NCBI GenBank assembly: GCA_026708085.1
Contig: JAPOVP010000189.1
Location: forward strand, 13,834-77,833
Source: Caldilineaceae bacterium
Lineage (GTDB): Bacteria; Chloroflexota; Anaerolineae; Caldilineales; Caldilineaceae
DNA: 64,000 bases
Direction of reading: 5' to 3'
In this document: piece by piece, positions 46,138-57,453 of the stretch
How positions within the stretch are numbered: the stretch's first letter is position 1
How the letters are laid out: each line of letters starts with the position of its first letter
Notes under the pieces: model-generated
The model's input: only the letters and a program-made list of their open reading frames with translations
Told to the model about the DNA's origin: nothing
Database searches by the model: none
Made by a program: the position numbers and the translations under genes

Positions 46138-46852
46138 ACATATCGTAGACGCAGCTGGCAATGTAATAATGGAACGGAAGCGCCCGGCTACCCGCTGGAA
46201 GCATCCGCAAGCGGTAAGAACCGGGTGCAAGGAGCGAATCTCTCAGGCCGATAAAGTCCGCGTCCTATCGCGTGAAGAGCGCAGGCGGCTTGAGTATGGA
46301 GTTGCTGGACAGAAGAAACGCCCTCAGTTAGCAAATGAACGAAAGATGGCCGACCGGTTGCTGGCCAATCATGAGCGAACTGGACGGATTGTGATCGAAC
46401 GGAATGTCATTGACGTCCGAACCGGCAGGAAAGGCTGGCGTATACTGGAAGTGAAGCTGGTGGCCTGAGTGTATGTTCTACCCTGTGAATTTTATCTATC
46501 CTGACCAGAGAGAAAATGGCGTAGTACAGATCAACAGTAGGAACAGCAGCAACAGAGTTGCTGTTCCTACCGGCAATGCTATTGCGCTGGGGCGCAGCAT
46601 TGCCGGTAGGGACAAATGGCGAGCCGCGTATCCATTTCCAGGAGAGTGCTTGAATACGCATGCCGTATAGACCCCGCTGCTGAACAGAGCAAGCTCAACC
46701 GGCGCTGCGTATGTGTGCGGCCGAGGTCAGGCCTGCACGAAGCTGCATAGCCTCCGGACGTCCAGACAAACAAGCCGTCCCAATTCCACAGCACATTTAT
46801 GATGTGACATAATAGGTATCGTCTGCTGAAGTAGACGTACACAGTACATACA

Positions 46853-47167
46853 ATGGGGGTGCCTATGACGAGACAGACGAAAAGACCCAACCGCGTCGAG
46901 CAAGTCGAAAACCCCCTTGACCGCGTCGAGCGGATGCTGGAGCAGTTGGCGGAGCGGCAGATCCACGCCGACAACCGCCTCGACCGTTTTGAACGGGCGT
47001 TGATCGCGTCCGCACAAGCGACACAGAAAAGCATCGAGACGACACAGAAAAACATCGATCAGCTGAGCGCAAAGATCGATCGATTAAGTACGCAGACCGG
47101 CATTCTGTTGCAGGTCGTACAGGGTCATATCTCCCAGTCCACGCCCCCCGCGCACAGTTCGGACTGA
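46853..47167 (+). CDS. Hypothetical coiled-coil protein (104 aa)
   Basis: Heptad-like LDRVERMLEQLAERQIHADNRLDRFERAL...NIDQLSAKIDRLS. No recognised domain. Confidence 0.45.
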   Translation: MGVPMTRQTKRPNRVEQVENPLDRVERMLEQLAERQIHADNRLDRFERALIASAQATQKSIETTQKNIDQLSAKIDRLSTQTGILLQVVQGHISQSTPPAHSSD

Positions 47168-47291
47168 CCCCCGATTCAATCACAGATAGGCCGGACACTC
47201 TTGCCGTGTTTTTCCGTTCGTCAGGATCGCCGGCACGCTGTCAAAAACGACAAGCTGTCGTCTTTGCGGCTATCTCTGTCGCAGCTGTATT

Positions 47292-48617
47292 TTACGGCAT
47301 CTCCCAGAGCAGACGCAGCGGCACCGCGTAGAGCCCATTGTCGAAGGGCACGCTCGCCTCGCCGTCGTAGAGGACCACCCCCCCAACGAACCGGCCGCCT
47401 GCGGCGTCCCTCAGTTTCCGCAAAGCTCGGAAATCCGCTGCAGTCACCGTCGCCCCGGCCTTGACCTCCACGCCCGCCAGGGCCTGCGTTCCCCGCTCGA
47501 TAACGATGTCCACCTCGGCCCCGTCCCTGTCGCGAAAGTGAAAAAACGAAGTGGCGTCAGCCCGCCAGCTCGCCTGCCGTCTCAGCTCCTGGTAGACAAA
47601 AGTCTCAAGCAGCTGCCCCATCAGCGTCCGGTTTGCGGCCAGGCCGGCTGCGTCTATCCCCAGCAGGGCGCAGGCCAATCCGGTGTCGCCAAGGTGGAGC
47701 TTCGGCGTCTTGACGAGCCGCTTGAGGCGATTGCTGTGCCAGGGCGGCAGCTGCTCCAGCAGGAATACCCGCTCGAGCAGGGTCACATAGTCCCGGATCG
47801 TTGGCCGGCTGATCTGGAACGGGGCGGCCAGTTCGGAGAGATTGAACAGAGCGGCCGTGCGCGCCGCCGCCAGCGTCAACAACCGCGGCAGCGCATCGAG
47901 CGAACGGATGCGGGCGATTTCAGGCACATCCCGCTGTACCTGGGCCTCGAGATAGTTCCGGTACCAGTTGGCGCGCCTGCGGCCAGCCGGCCGCGCCAGA
48001 GCTGCCGGGTATCCTCCCGACACGATCCGCTCAATGAGTTCTCTTCCCAGACGCTCCGTGCGTCGACTCTCGAAACCTCCACCAAACAGCGCGTTCAGAA
48101 ACCCGGGAGACCGGTCCAGAGAGCCGGCTGCGTTCGCTCCGCCTTCCATCTCCCGCTGCGCCAGCGGGTGCAGCCTGACCGTCTCCATGCGCCCCGCGAG
48201 CGAGTCGGTCATAGCCGGAGTCTGCAGCACGTTGCTCGAACCCGTCAGCAGAAAACGGCCCGGCAAACGTCTGCGGTCCACCTCGATTTTCAAAGCGTCA
48301 AAGAGCGCAGGAACCCGCTGAACTTCATCCAGGATAACCCCTTCGGGCAGGTCGGCGACGAACCCCATCGGGTCGGCCTCGGCCCCCGCGCGCACGACCG
48401 CATCGTCGAAAGTGAAATAGGTGAACTCACTCGGTCTGCCGGATGAAAGGGTCTGCCCGCCGTCCCCCCGGGGCAGCTGCCCCGGCGCGCAGACCATGAG
48501 AGCAAGGGTAGTCTTCCCGCACTGCCTGGGCCCGTGGATCAGAACGACCGGCGAGTCTTCCAGCGCCTCGGTCAACCGCTGTGCAACCAAACGGGGATAA
48601 AGAATACGCTCAGCCAT
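47292..48617 (-). CDS. AAA ATPase with DUF4143 (AAA_14/DUF4143 family)
   Basis: From the ATG at 48617: MAERILYPRLVAQRLTEALEDSPVVLIHGPRQCGKTTL. The C-terminus has the DRDGAEVDIVIE nuclease-like DUF4143 motif. Confidence 0.8.
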   Translation of the reverse strand: MAERILYPRLVAQRLTEALEDSPVVLIHGPRQCGKTTLALMVCAPGQLPRGDGGQTLSSGRPSEFTYFTFDDAVVRAGAEADPMGFVADLPEGVILDEVQRVPALFDALKIEVDRRRLPGRFLLTGSSNVLQTPAMTDSLAGRMETVRLHPLAQREMEGGANAAGSLDRSPGFLNALFGGGFESRRTERLGRELIERIVSGGYPAALARPAGRRRANWYRNYLEAQVQRDVPEIARIRSLDALPRLLTLAAARTAALFNLSELAAPFQISRPTIRDYVTLLERVFLLEQLPPWHSNRLKRLVKTPKLHLGDTGLACALLGIDAAGLAANRTLMGQLLETFVYQELRRQASWRADATSFFHFRDRDGAEVDIVIERGTQALAGVEVKAGATVTAADFRALRKLRDAAGGRFVGGVVLYDGEASVPFDNGLYAVPLRLLWEMP

Positions 48618-48710
48618 CGGCTGATTGTAACCTTTACCTTCGGCTGATTGCAACCTTTGCCCTCGGTTGATTGAAAGGTTTAACCCCCGCTGATTGAAAC
48701 CTTTTCCCTT
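48618..48710 (-). repeat. Four tandem 23-24-bp repeats abutting the ATPase start codon
   Basis: Units (+ strand): CGGCTGATTGTAACCTTTACCTT / CGGCTGATTGCAACCTTTGCCCT / CGGTTGATTGAAAGGTTTAACCCC / CGCTGATTGAAACCTTTTCCCTT. Confidence 0.85.
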
Positions 48711-49825
48711 CGTCACCAGCCCCCGGTTGCCGGAAACTCGCCCGCCATCCTGGAACTCCTCCTACGATATGACCCCGAAAACATGCCGTTGGCAACCTTC
48801 AAGAAATACTTGCATCTCCGCCCAACCCGCGCTAAGCTATGAGCCACCACTGCCAAACCAAAAACTGCCAGCAGAACTCGGAACAGCACGACCAGGAAAG
48901 AGCCTGATCAGAGGAGGGCAACCACAGCCGAGTAACCTGATGGAACTCATGGAACTCGGGATTTCTACCTGGCGGGGCGCACGGTCACAACGCCCATAGA
49001 TCTGTCTGCCGCTTTTGTGAGAATCCATGATTTGAAAAGGGATCCGGCGTAACGCAATTGCAGGGTGAATTGAGACAGCAATCCCCGTTTTGTGCCGAAT
49101 CTATCTTGGCAAAAGCGGTCGTCTGTCGCTGCTGCGGGCGAACCATGGTTGGCGGTTCTGTAGAAGGGCAGACAACTCGAAAGCGCGCAGTGCCCTTTCT
49201 GTTCTATCTGGAATCAGGGTCGCCGATCAGGTGTCAGCATTGCGGACAGAACTTGCCATCATGGGAATAGGTAGGAGGAAGTGCGGAGAGGGTTCCTGCT
49301 CGTTATAGCGTTGGTGCTCGCAACTCTGGCTTGGCTCTCGGTCTACGCTTTCTACTCGGAGAGCGGCGAACTCATCGACCTGTCCGCGTGTCAAGGCGAG
49401 GTCAACTGTACGGGTATCAAACTGGCAATCTGGTTTTTAGTGCCCTTGTGGCTCCTTCTTTTCGGAAGTTGGCTCTTCGTCCTTTTGCGTTTCAAGAAGT
49501 GAACTACATATGGCCGGCTAGGAATACGGCAAACAGGACCAGAACGGTGAACGCGGACAGCGCGAGGAGGCGTGATCTGGGATTCATGTTGTGTTCTCGT
49601 AGTGACGCAGAATGAGCCGAGGAGCGACTATCGCACGGCCCGATTGTGCCATCTGGGAATCGGATGGCGCGGTCTGAAGTAGCGTATTACAGCTCAATCT
49701 CCCCGTCAAACACGAAAACCTGGTATCCCACCCGTTTCTTGCCCCAAACCTTGCTGCCCATTTCCTCTAATTCAGTTGGACTGCTCCCGCCGCCGCAAAT
49801 CATCACTCTCCGAACTCGGGCTTCC

Positions 49826-50090
49826 CAAAAAAAATTCTGATCAGCGCCGACACACGACGTCATTTCGACAAATGCCGCTGCGTGCTTCCATTTCCCGGCA
49901 GGCAGGGCATCTTCCAGCCGCTCGAGAGACGGCCCACCCTGCGCCGCAAGGCTGATAGACCCTGGCCTGCAAGCCGGCAACCCGGTTGGCCGCTCCCACT
50001 GACGTGCAGAAGAGAAGTGACATACCGGTTCGACTCTGGAGCGCACATGTGACCTTGTACCCGACCGGCATCGTCTCTGAGTGTTCACCA
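49826..50090 (-). repeat. Non-coding paralogous element, copy C2
   Basis: See 44089-44390. Confidence 0.6.
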
Positions 50091-50299
50091 CAGATGATGA
50101 GAGTACTTGCACAACCGATCTTGCCGGGATATACTCCATCCTACAGTGGGCCTTTACGACCCCTTCCAGGCCCACATTCTTGGCATAGCACCCCATGCTT
50201 CCCGCCAAGGAAAACCCAGCGGCAAGGGACATGGCCGTGAAATCCAGAGTGCGCCCTGGCGCTCTGGTAGGTTGATACCGACGCCCGGCAAGCGTCCGC

Positions 50300-50324
50300 A
50301 AAACCGCCTGAAAAAGGCGGTTTT
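50300..50324. terminator. Bidirectional intrinsic terminator hairpin
   Basis: AAAACCGCC-TGAAAAA-GGCGGTTTT: a 9-bp stem (5 G:C-rich pairs) flanked by an A run and a T run on both strands. Confidence 0.6.
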
Positions 50325-51145
50325 GTCGTCCCGAAAACCCGTGCTACCATTGGCCATCAACCTTTGCCGCTTGCCAGGCGGCGCCAGACGATCAGGGACA
50401 GTCCTCGTGTATCTCCGCGACACAATAGACCCGTGCTGTCTGCGCCTCTCAAGCCATGGAGACGGCTGCCTGGGAATGACGGACGATGGCACGCCGCTTC
50501 CCACACCCTTTTGAACGACCCGGCTTGTGGACCAACGCCATCTGTCCCGGCGGCGACAACAAGGAAGCCCTCGCGCTGTGGACCTGCCGCTAAATGCTGC
50601 AGGGAGCGCCAAAAACGGTCCTGGACGCCCTGATCGGCACTTTGCCCCGCAGAATGCCCAAAACAGCGCCCAGAGCCGCTCAGGGCCGGGTCAGGTCAAA
50701 AGTACGAACGCTTGCGCCGCCGAGCTGTGAGAAGCCGCACAGCCCTCTATGGCAGGACCGGCCGCCACCCATCCGACCGCACCGTGGCTGCTGGAACGCG
50801 GCCTGTGGCCCAACGCCGACGAAGCTGGCGAAAAGTCGGCCTCTGCACCGGCCCGGCGTCGGCCCCGTTACAGCAAAAAGAGCTTGAGTATGGGTGAGAA
50901 ACGCATCGGTTCAGTCGCAGCCAAACAAAGAAGAAACGGGTACCTTTACGACGAGACCAGGCTGCGGGGCCCGGGAGGATGATGAGTGGATGAACTTCAA
51001 CGACTGGTAGGAAAACTATCTGAACGCGGCCGGCGGCGGGGACTGTCAGCCGACTGACATCGCCGGCGCGATAACCGAGGCCGCGTCGTGGCTGAATGCA
51101 GCTCTGCAGGAATGCTCCGCGCGGGCCAACGCGCTGCTCCCCGTA

Positions 51146-52397
51146 ATGAACAAGGTCGACGACCAGGACACCCTGAGCGCCCTGCTGCAGGAGAGCGCAG
51201 GCGAGGACCTGGATAAGTTTTTGCTGGCGAGATGGGGCTATCGCTTCCTGCTGGAAGCCGACAATGTCTCAGAAATCTATCGGCAGCGCTACAGTGACGC
51301 CGGGCCGGACTTTCCCGACTTTCCGGACATGCTTCTCGCCGGCTTCGAGATCTTTCACCTGATCTGGCGCGAGGTCGGCAGAAACGCCGGCCTGAAACAC
51401 CCGTGGCCGCGCTTATCGACGGCTATCTGTCGCGGGTCGAACCCGATACCCGCGACACCGGTATCATGCCCGCCCCCTTGGCTGCCCACCGCCACATCGA
51501 AACAACGGCCGATACGGGGTTTCTCTTTGATGTAACCGAATACGACCGCGCGCCGCAAACCGGCGAAATCTTGACAAACGACAAGTCCGCCCATCTCCCC
51601 AGCCTTACGCCGCGGCCTTCCGGCGTCGTTCCGGCGCTGCCCATCGTGCTGTGGGATCGGGCAGTCGAGGCCAAGCCCGGCCGCGGCGCTCCCTATGGTC
51701 TGCGCCTGTGGGTAGAAGCGATTCTCTCCGTCCCCGTGAGCGAACGTTCCGGCAAGCGCACCATTTCGATCCCCTTCGGGCAAATGGTCAAATCGCTGTT
51801 CAACCGCTACCGTCGTGACCAGTTCCCCGCCCTCAGCGCCGCCTTCCGAACCGTTCACAATATGGGCATAGCGTGGGCGAAACGGGCGCGGAAAGCGTCT
51901 GGGTCCCCGTCGTGGTCCGCAATCGACCCGAACGCTGGGATGCCTACGACAGCCACGTTGTCTTCGAAGTGCAGTTGCCGCCCGGCAGCGGCTCCGGCCC
52001 GCTCGTCTACAAGCCCTATCTGAGAGAGATCGGGCGGCACAGCGCGCCGGGATATCGGGCCGCGTTGGGGCTGTGCTATCTCTGGGATCGCTACGGCGCC
52101 AACAACGGCCGCTTCATCCAAGCGACCATCCCCCGCCTGGCGCGCAACGATGACGGCGATCTGCTGGGCGTTGACGGCTCGGTTCTGCTCACAAAACAAG
52201 GTCAGCCGGTCCATCAGTACATGATCGGAAAGGGGAAAGACCGCCAGCTGCGGCCCGATGTAGTCGCGTTGGACGAGCAGGACAATCTACTTTTACGAGA
52301 ACAGGCTGCCCACCTTCTCGTAGACTTGCTAATCGGAAATATGCCGCCCGGTCCCCATCCTCACACCCAAACCTCACAAAATAAACAAAGCAACTAG
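51146..52397 (+). pseudogene. Mobile-element gene decayed into three reading frames
   Basis: ORFs 51146..51535, 51403..52023 and 51873..52397 overlap head-to-tail in three different frames with continuous protein-like sequence. Frame switches lie near 51395 and 51875. Confidence 0.5.
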
Positions 52398-52910
52398 GCC
52401 TACGACGACTGCGCCCACGGCCACCATGCCTCAATCCACCCGGATTCTCAACCGTCATCGAGCTTTTCCTTATCACTCGTCAGCAGGAAATCGACACAAA
52501 AACGGTACCAACTTAACCACAGATTTCCGATTTAGAAAGTACGAAATTGACGCGTCGCGACAAACGGCGCGTCAAGCCTAGAAAAATTTAAACGGCCGGC
52601 GAAGCTATCTAACTTGCTTCACCCGGCCGTCTTTGATTTTGTACCGTTTGGACTGCTCTTCGGGGTCCCGGGACGCTCGCTTCAAAGCCTCTCGCTCCTC
52701 AGCCGTTCGTCTCTTGGGTCTTACGCCAAACAACCGCCGCACATTGCTGCGCAGCTCCTCTACCTTGCTTTCCGCGGGGTGGAAAGTCATAGCACGCGAC
52801 CTCCGTGTGCGATTCATCGCTCGCGCTGAACGACCCGCAGTAAACCACACACCGCAGTGGTACTGACAAACCCACTCAATCGCGACCGCAAAAGCCACAT
52901 CAGTTTGCCA

Positions 52911-53192
52911 TCAACGATCCTTCATCCAATCCTGTTCTTGATAGTCCTCCATCAATTCTTCGAATCGCCGTTTGTCTTTGGTTCCGCCGTTGAATATCCC
53001 AAGTAGCCGAAATAGCAGGCAAAGGAACCAGATCAAGACAGCCACCAGACAGACCGCAATCAAAGTAAAAGAGGTCTGAACCACAAGCATGAAGAGCAGA
53101 CTCAAGCTGAAAATCCCTACGCACAGGGACATGATAGACCCGGAACACGATTCGTCGCTTCCATCTGAGGCCGTCGGCATCTTGTTGGACAT
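52911..53192 (-). CDS. Small membrane protein (93 aa)
   Basis: Internal ATG with AAGGGGG 7 nt upstream, then two hydrophobic helices (LCVGIFSLSLLFMLVV, LIAVCLVAVLIWFLCLLF). Confidence 0.45.
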   Translation of the reverse strand: MSNKMPTASDGSDESCSGSIMSLCVGIFSLSLLFMLVVQTSFTLIAVCLVAVLIWFLCLLFRLLGIFNGGTKDKRRFEELMEDYQEQDWMKDR

Positions 53193-54325
53193 AGCGGTGC
53201 CCCCTTGGTGGAGAAGGTGAGAGGTTGCCGCCACAGCGTCCAAACACACAATAGCCAACAAGGGGGCGCAGAGCGCCCACGCACCTTGCTCCACTACTTT
53301 TGTGTGTTTTTTGAAACGCTGTGGCATCTCTCATTCTAACACCGGAGGCACGCCGCGAAAACTCAAAAATCAGGGGGTTCTTACCCAAACGTCTTTGCCC
53401 TTATGCGGCACCACGTATATAGTTCCCTATAATTCCCCACAGATTTCCTCAATTACTTGCTGCACTAAACTGATAGTTCCCCAAAGTTCGGTCCGCCGCA
53501 TTTGTAACCGTTGCAATCTGAAATCCTGCCGGATTGATCAAGTGTGTCCAACCCGTACAGTGCTCGGAGCAATGTCGCCCGCAAAGATAGGGCTGGGTGG
53601 TCTCGGGAAACGGTAGAGGGGCTCATATCCTTCGGTCGATTGGCAAGCAGGTTGTTCCGATTGGCGGTATCGCGTCAAACAAGTCAACCTTGGGACCATT
53701 CTCTGTCTGGTGACGCAGTGATCCCCATAGGGTAGCGCCACACAACTCATTCCCTGTGCCTCCAAAGAAGCGTCCGAGGCGACAAGATGAAGCACACGCA
53801 GACGCCAAGCCCTGCCGGCAGCGACAAGAAGGCCAGGGGAAGCAACCAGCGAAACACCACCACTGACGTACAGCTCCGGCAAAACAGCAGAGGAACACGA
53901 ACTACATTATCAACTGCGATGATCTGAGGGATAGGGTGCGGGGCGAGCCATACACATCGGCCCGTTGAAAAACGACCTTGCCGCAGTTGCCGCGACGAAG
54001 CGACGCTTGGCCTTTCTCAGTGCTGGTGCGAACCAGCTGATAGCCGAAAAACCCCCTTTTGCGGCTGTTTTTAGCGGATGGTAAACTACTACTGAGAGGA
54101 GAAAAGTGTGCCCGGTTTGGGGAGGTTACCCCCGCCCCGGGCAATGCACGAGGGAATGGCTCATGCATCCATCGCATTTTAGCACACCCCAAAACTCATA
54201 CAAACGAAAACCACGATGCGGGCCCGCGCCCACGTCACTGCGCGTGGGTAGCCGGCGATAAGTTGTGGAAAGAGGTCCTTCCGGAATCGATCGAAGCGGC
54301 GTAATGAACTCGCTAAGGAGCAGTA

Positions 54326-54637
54326 ATGCCCATCCGCCCCGACCTCCGCAAACTCTACCCCGATAACTGGTCCGAGATCACCGACCGCATCCGCTTCGAG
54401 CGCGCCGGCGGCAACTGCGAACGCTGCGGCGCGCAACACGGTCAGCCGCACCCGGAAACCGGCAAAGTCGAGTACCTCTCCACCGCGCATCTCGACCACG
54501 ACCCGACCAACAACGCCGAAGAGAACCTGGCCGCGCTCTGCCGCATCTGCCACAACCGCAACGACAGCAAGAACCGCGCCGCAAACCGCAAACACAACGC
54601 CTACCGCGACGCTGGCCAGTTGCGACTCATGGAATGA
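54326..54637 (+). CDS. HNH endonuclease (small, phage-type)
   Basis: CERCGAQHGQPHP...STAHLDHDPTNNAEENLAALCRICHNRND. Confidence 0.8.
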   Translation: MPIRPDLRKLYPDNWSEITDRIRFERAGGNCERCGAQHGQPHPETGKVEYLSTAHLDHDPTNNAEENLAALCRICHNRNDSKNRAANRKHNAYRDAGQLRLME

Positions 54638-54641
54638 ACAG

Positions 54642-55559
54642 ATGGCCGAACAACTGATCGCGCTCTGGCAGGAAGCCGAAGAACACCTGCAGGCCTTCCA
54701 GCAATACGCCCGTCGCACCGTCGAAGAAGCCTGGCTCGCCGGCGACGCGCTCATGCGCATCAAAGAACAGCTCCCCCACGGCGGCTGGCGCTCAGGCCTC
54801 GAAGAGCGCGGCATCACCAAATCCACCGCCCACCGCTTCATCAGCCTGCGCAAAAAGTATCCCGAAATGTCCCAAGTTGGGACATTTTCCAGTGTTTCCG
54901 CCGCTCTGACGGCTAAATCCCGATACTCGAAACTCGAAACGCAAAGAGAGAACACCGAGCCGCAGGACCAACCGCCAGCACAGCCGACGCTGCTGGAAAA
55001 TGCACAGGAAGAGCTGCAGGAGCCCCCACAGCCGCAGGAGCGGCCACAGGCCGCCCAGGCCCTCGAACAGCCGTCAGCGCAGCCAGAGGCCATCGACAAG
55101 CCGCTAGAGCTGCAGGAGCAACTGCTGGCGCAGCCAGAAGCCATCGACGAGCCGCCGGCCGAGGGGCAGGAGAAGCTGCAGGTCCTCGCCCCTAGTGGCA
55201 AACGCCTACAAGGCCGGACCCTCCAGCCCCTGGGGAAACACACCCCGCCCTTCCAAAGACGACCGCCAAACTTTCGAAAATCGAAACTCGGAACTCTACA
55301 ACCAACTGCTAACCCTCCGGTACTTCGCCCAGCACCCGCCGTCCGAGTTCCGAGTTCCGGCAGTTCCGAGTTCCGGCAGTTCCAGCTGCGCCTGCGCACG
55401 CCGCGGCTCCTCCTGCCTGGCAGCCACACCACCTTCCGCCTCGGTCTCTCCTGCTTCGTCGACGTCGACGAAGCCGCAGAAAATAAGAACGCCGCCCCCG
55501 ATCAGGAGCGGCAGTCAAACAACCCCGACGCCCGAACTATACCCGGCCGCAAAGCATGA
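54642..55559 (+). CDS. DUF3102-like protein with a low-complexity Q/P/E-rich tail
   Basis: The N-terminal ~85 aa (EAWLAGDALMRIKEQLPHGGWRSGLEERGITKSTAHRFISLRK) are DUF3102-like. The rest is repetitive, so the true stop is uncertain. Confidence 0.5.
   Translation: MAEQLIALWQEAEEHLQAFQQYARRTVEEAWLAGDALMRIKEQLPHGGWRSGLEERGITKSTAHRFISLRKKYPEMSQVGTFSSVSAALTAKSRYSKLETQRENTEPQDQPPAQPTLLENAQEELQEPPQPQERPQAAQALEQPSAQPEAIDKPLELQEQLLAQPEAIDEPPAEGQEKLQVLAPSGKRLQGRTLQPLGKHTPPFQRRPPNFRKSKLGTLQPTANPPVLRPAPAVRVPSSGSSEFRQFQLRLRTPRLLLPGSHTTFRLGLSCFVDVDEAAENKNAAPDQERQSNNPDARTIPGRKA
54865..54887. repeat. 23-bp perfect palindrome, copy 1
   Basis: AAATGTCCCAA-G-TTGGGACATTT. Confidence 0.95.
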
Positions 55560-56163
55560 GTCAATCAACTCTTGTTCGTACTACCAATTAAGGTACTATC
55601 TTTCGGACACCCAATGAACGCAGCACGAATCACCTGCTGCATCTCGTAGCCGGCGTTGCCGTGTAAAGCAGCAAGGCAGCTGTCAACGTAATGTAGAGGA
55701 ATTTCGCGAGTAAAGGTGTCAGAAAAGCGCGAGGCCGGGTTTTCGCCGAACCCGGCCCCGCAAGATGTCCAGTTTCACCCTGAAACCCAGCCAAAGGACC
55801 GGCCTCGCCCGGATGAAAAGAGCGCCTCCGCGTCCCAGCCAATAGGACTCTCGCATTATAGCACACCCGCCAAAAGCGCCAAAAACGGGACCGATCCACC
55901 GGAATACTGCAGAACTGTTACGACACCCGGAACTCGAAACTCGAATCCCGCTACCCACACCCGCCACAAGATCGGCGAACGCTTCTGCCGTCTGCATATC
56001 CAATGGACACTCAGTGCCTGATGCCAACCGCAACAATCGAAGCTCTCAACGCCCATCTACTACAGCGGCCGGCCCCCAGAGCGATTGCCTCTAAATTGGG
56101 ATTGCCCTGTGCCTCAAATCCCATCCTCTTTACAAACTGTACGGTATATCGTACAATGCCTTC

Positions 56164-56460
56164 ATGTATACGATCCTGCGCAGCTCGACGTTCGACCGGT
56201 GGTTGGGCAGACTGCGGGATCGCCAGGCGGTGAACCGCATAGTCGCCAGGCTGCTGGCAGCCGAGGATGGACACCTCGGAGACGTCAGACCTGTTGGCGA
56301 TGGCGTGTCCGAGATGAGGATTCAGCACGGGCCTGGATACCGGATTTACTTCATTACGCGCGGCGCTGAGCTGATCGTCCTGCTGTGTGGCGGCGACAAG
56401 GACAGCCAACGGCGGGATATCGAGCGGGCCAAGAGAATGGCGACAGAATGGAGGATCTGA
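56164..56460 (+). CDS. Addiction-module killer protein (RelE/ParE superfamily, HigB-like)
   Basis: FDRWLGRLRDRQAVNRIVARL...GDVRPVGDGVSEMRIQHGPGYRIYFITRGAELIVLLCGGDKDSQRRDIERAK. Confidence 0.85.
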   Translation: MYTILRSSTFDRWLGRLRDRQAVNRIVARLLAAEDGHLGDVRPVGDGVSEMRIQHGPGYRIYFITRGAELIVLLCGGDKDSQRRDIERAKRMATEWRI

Positions 56461-56795
56461 TGTCTGAGGAGTATCGAAAGTTTGACCCAGCGGACTACGT
56501 AGAGAGCGAAGAGGATGTCCGGGGGCTTCTCAGGGCGGCTGCGGAGGAGGACACTGGAGACGGGGCCGTGATTCGGGCCGCGCTGAGGTACGTCGTCCGG
56601 ACGCAGAACACGAGCGCCCTCGCCCGCGACACCGGGCTAAACCGAGGCAACCTCTACGTGGCGCTGTCTGAAGACGGCAACCCCACTCTGGCAACACTGC
56701 TGAAGGTCACCAACGCCCTGGGGTTGAGGCTGCGTATTGAGTCAGTGGAGGACCGCGCAGGGGACCCGCAACCGGCTAGGCCGCAATCCTACTGA
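56460..56795 (+). CDS. Addiction-module antidote protein (HigA family HTH)
   Basis: Its ATG overlaps the toxin stop (TGATG), with GGAGGA upstream. Sequence: FDPADYVESEEDVRGLL...TSALARDTGLNRGNLYVALSEDGNPTLATLLKVTNALGLRL. Confidence 0.85.
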   Translation: MSEEYRKFDPADYVESEEDVRGLLRAAAEEDTGDGAVIRAALRYVVRTQNTSALARDTGLNRGNLYVALSEDGNPTLATLLKVTNALGLRLRIESVEDRAGDPQPARPQSY

Positions 56796-57453
56796 ACGAC
56801 AACCCCTCTTTGACAGTGTGCAAGGCGTCGGCGTTGGCCTTTGTCGCCAGGGCAATTGCATCTAATTTGGGTCAGATCATCGAAATGCTGCTGAATTCAC
56901 TTCCAGGCCGGGGTCAGGCTTTGAAAACGGTTCGAAAGATGGCACGCAGGCTATGAGTCTGACTGGTTTCGCCACCTGACGAACTCTGGTGCGGCGAATT
57001 CATGTCGTTTTTTAGCAGGCTCGCAGCGATTTCCACTTATTTTCACGTTCTTTTGCTCGGAATCTCGACAAAAATGGCTTACCCATTTAGATGCGATTAC
57101 CCTTGGTCGGCCCCGACCCTCCCTGCCCATTTCGCACACACCGTGTTATACTGAAGCTCCTGCCAAAAAAAGAGGACCCGACACTGTGGGTAGCAGTTTC
57201 GGGCCCGGCTCAACGAGAAACGAAGGTTCTCGATGCGCAAATTCCATCTTAGCATACCCCGCGACATTTCCATATCCGCCTACAGCCGCGACCAAGCACG
57301 CGGCTCACTCTCCGCGCCCGCGGCCGGCCGAAGCTCGAAAACCAACTGCTTCACCTCCGGAACTTCGTATGGCACGCGCAGTGCGGGTTTCGGCCCTTTC
57401 GCGTTACGGCAGTTCAGCCGTTCCGGCACTTTCACCCAGGAGGATCTGAACCG

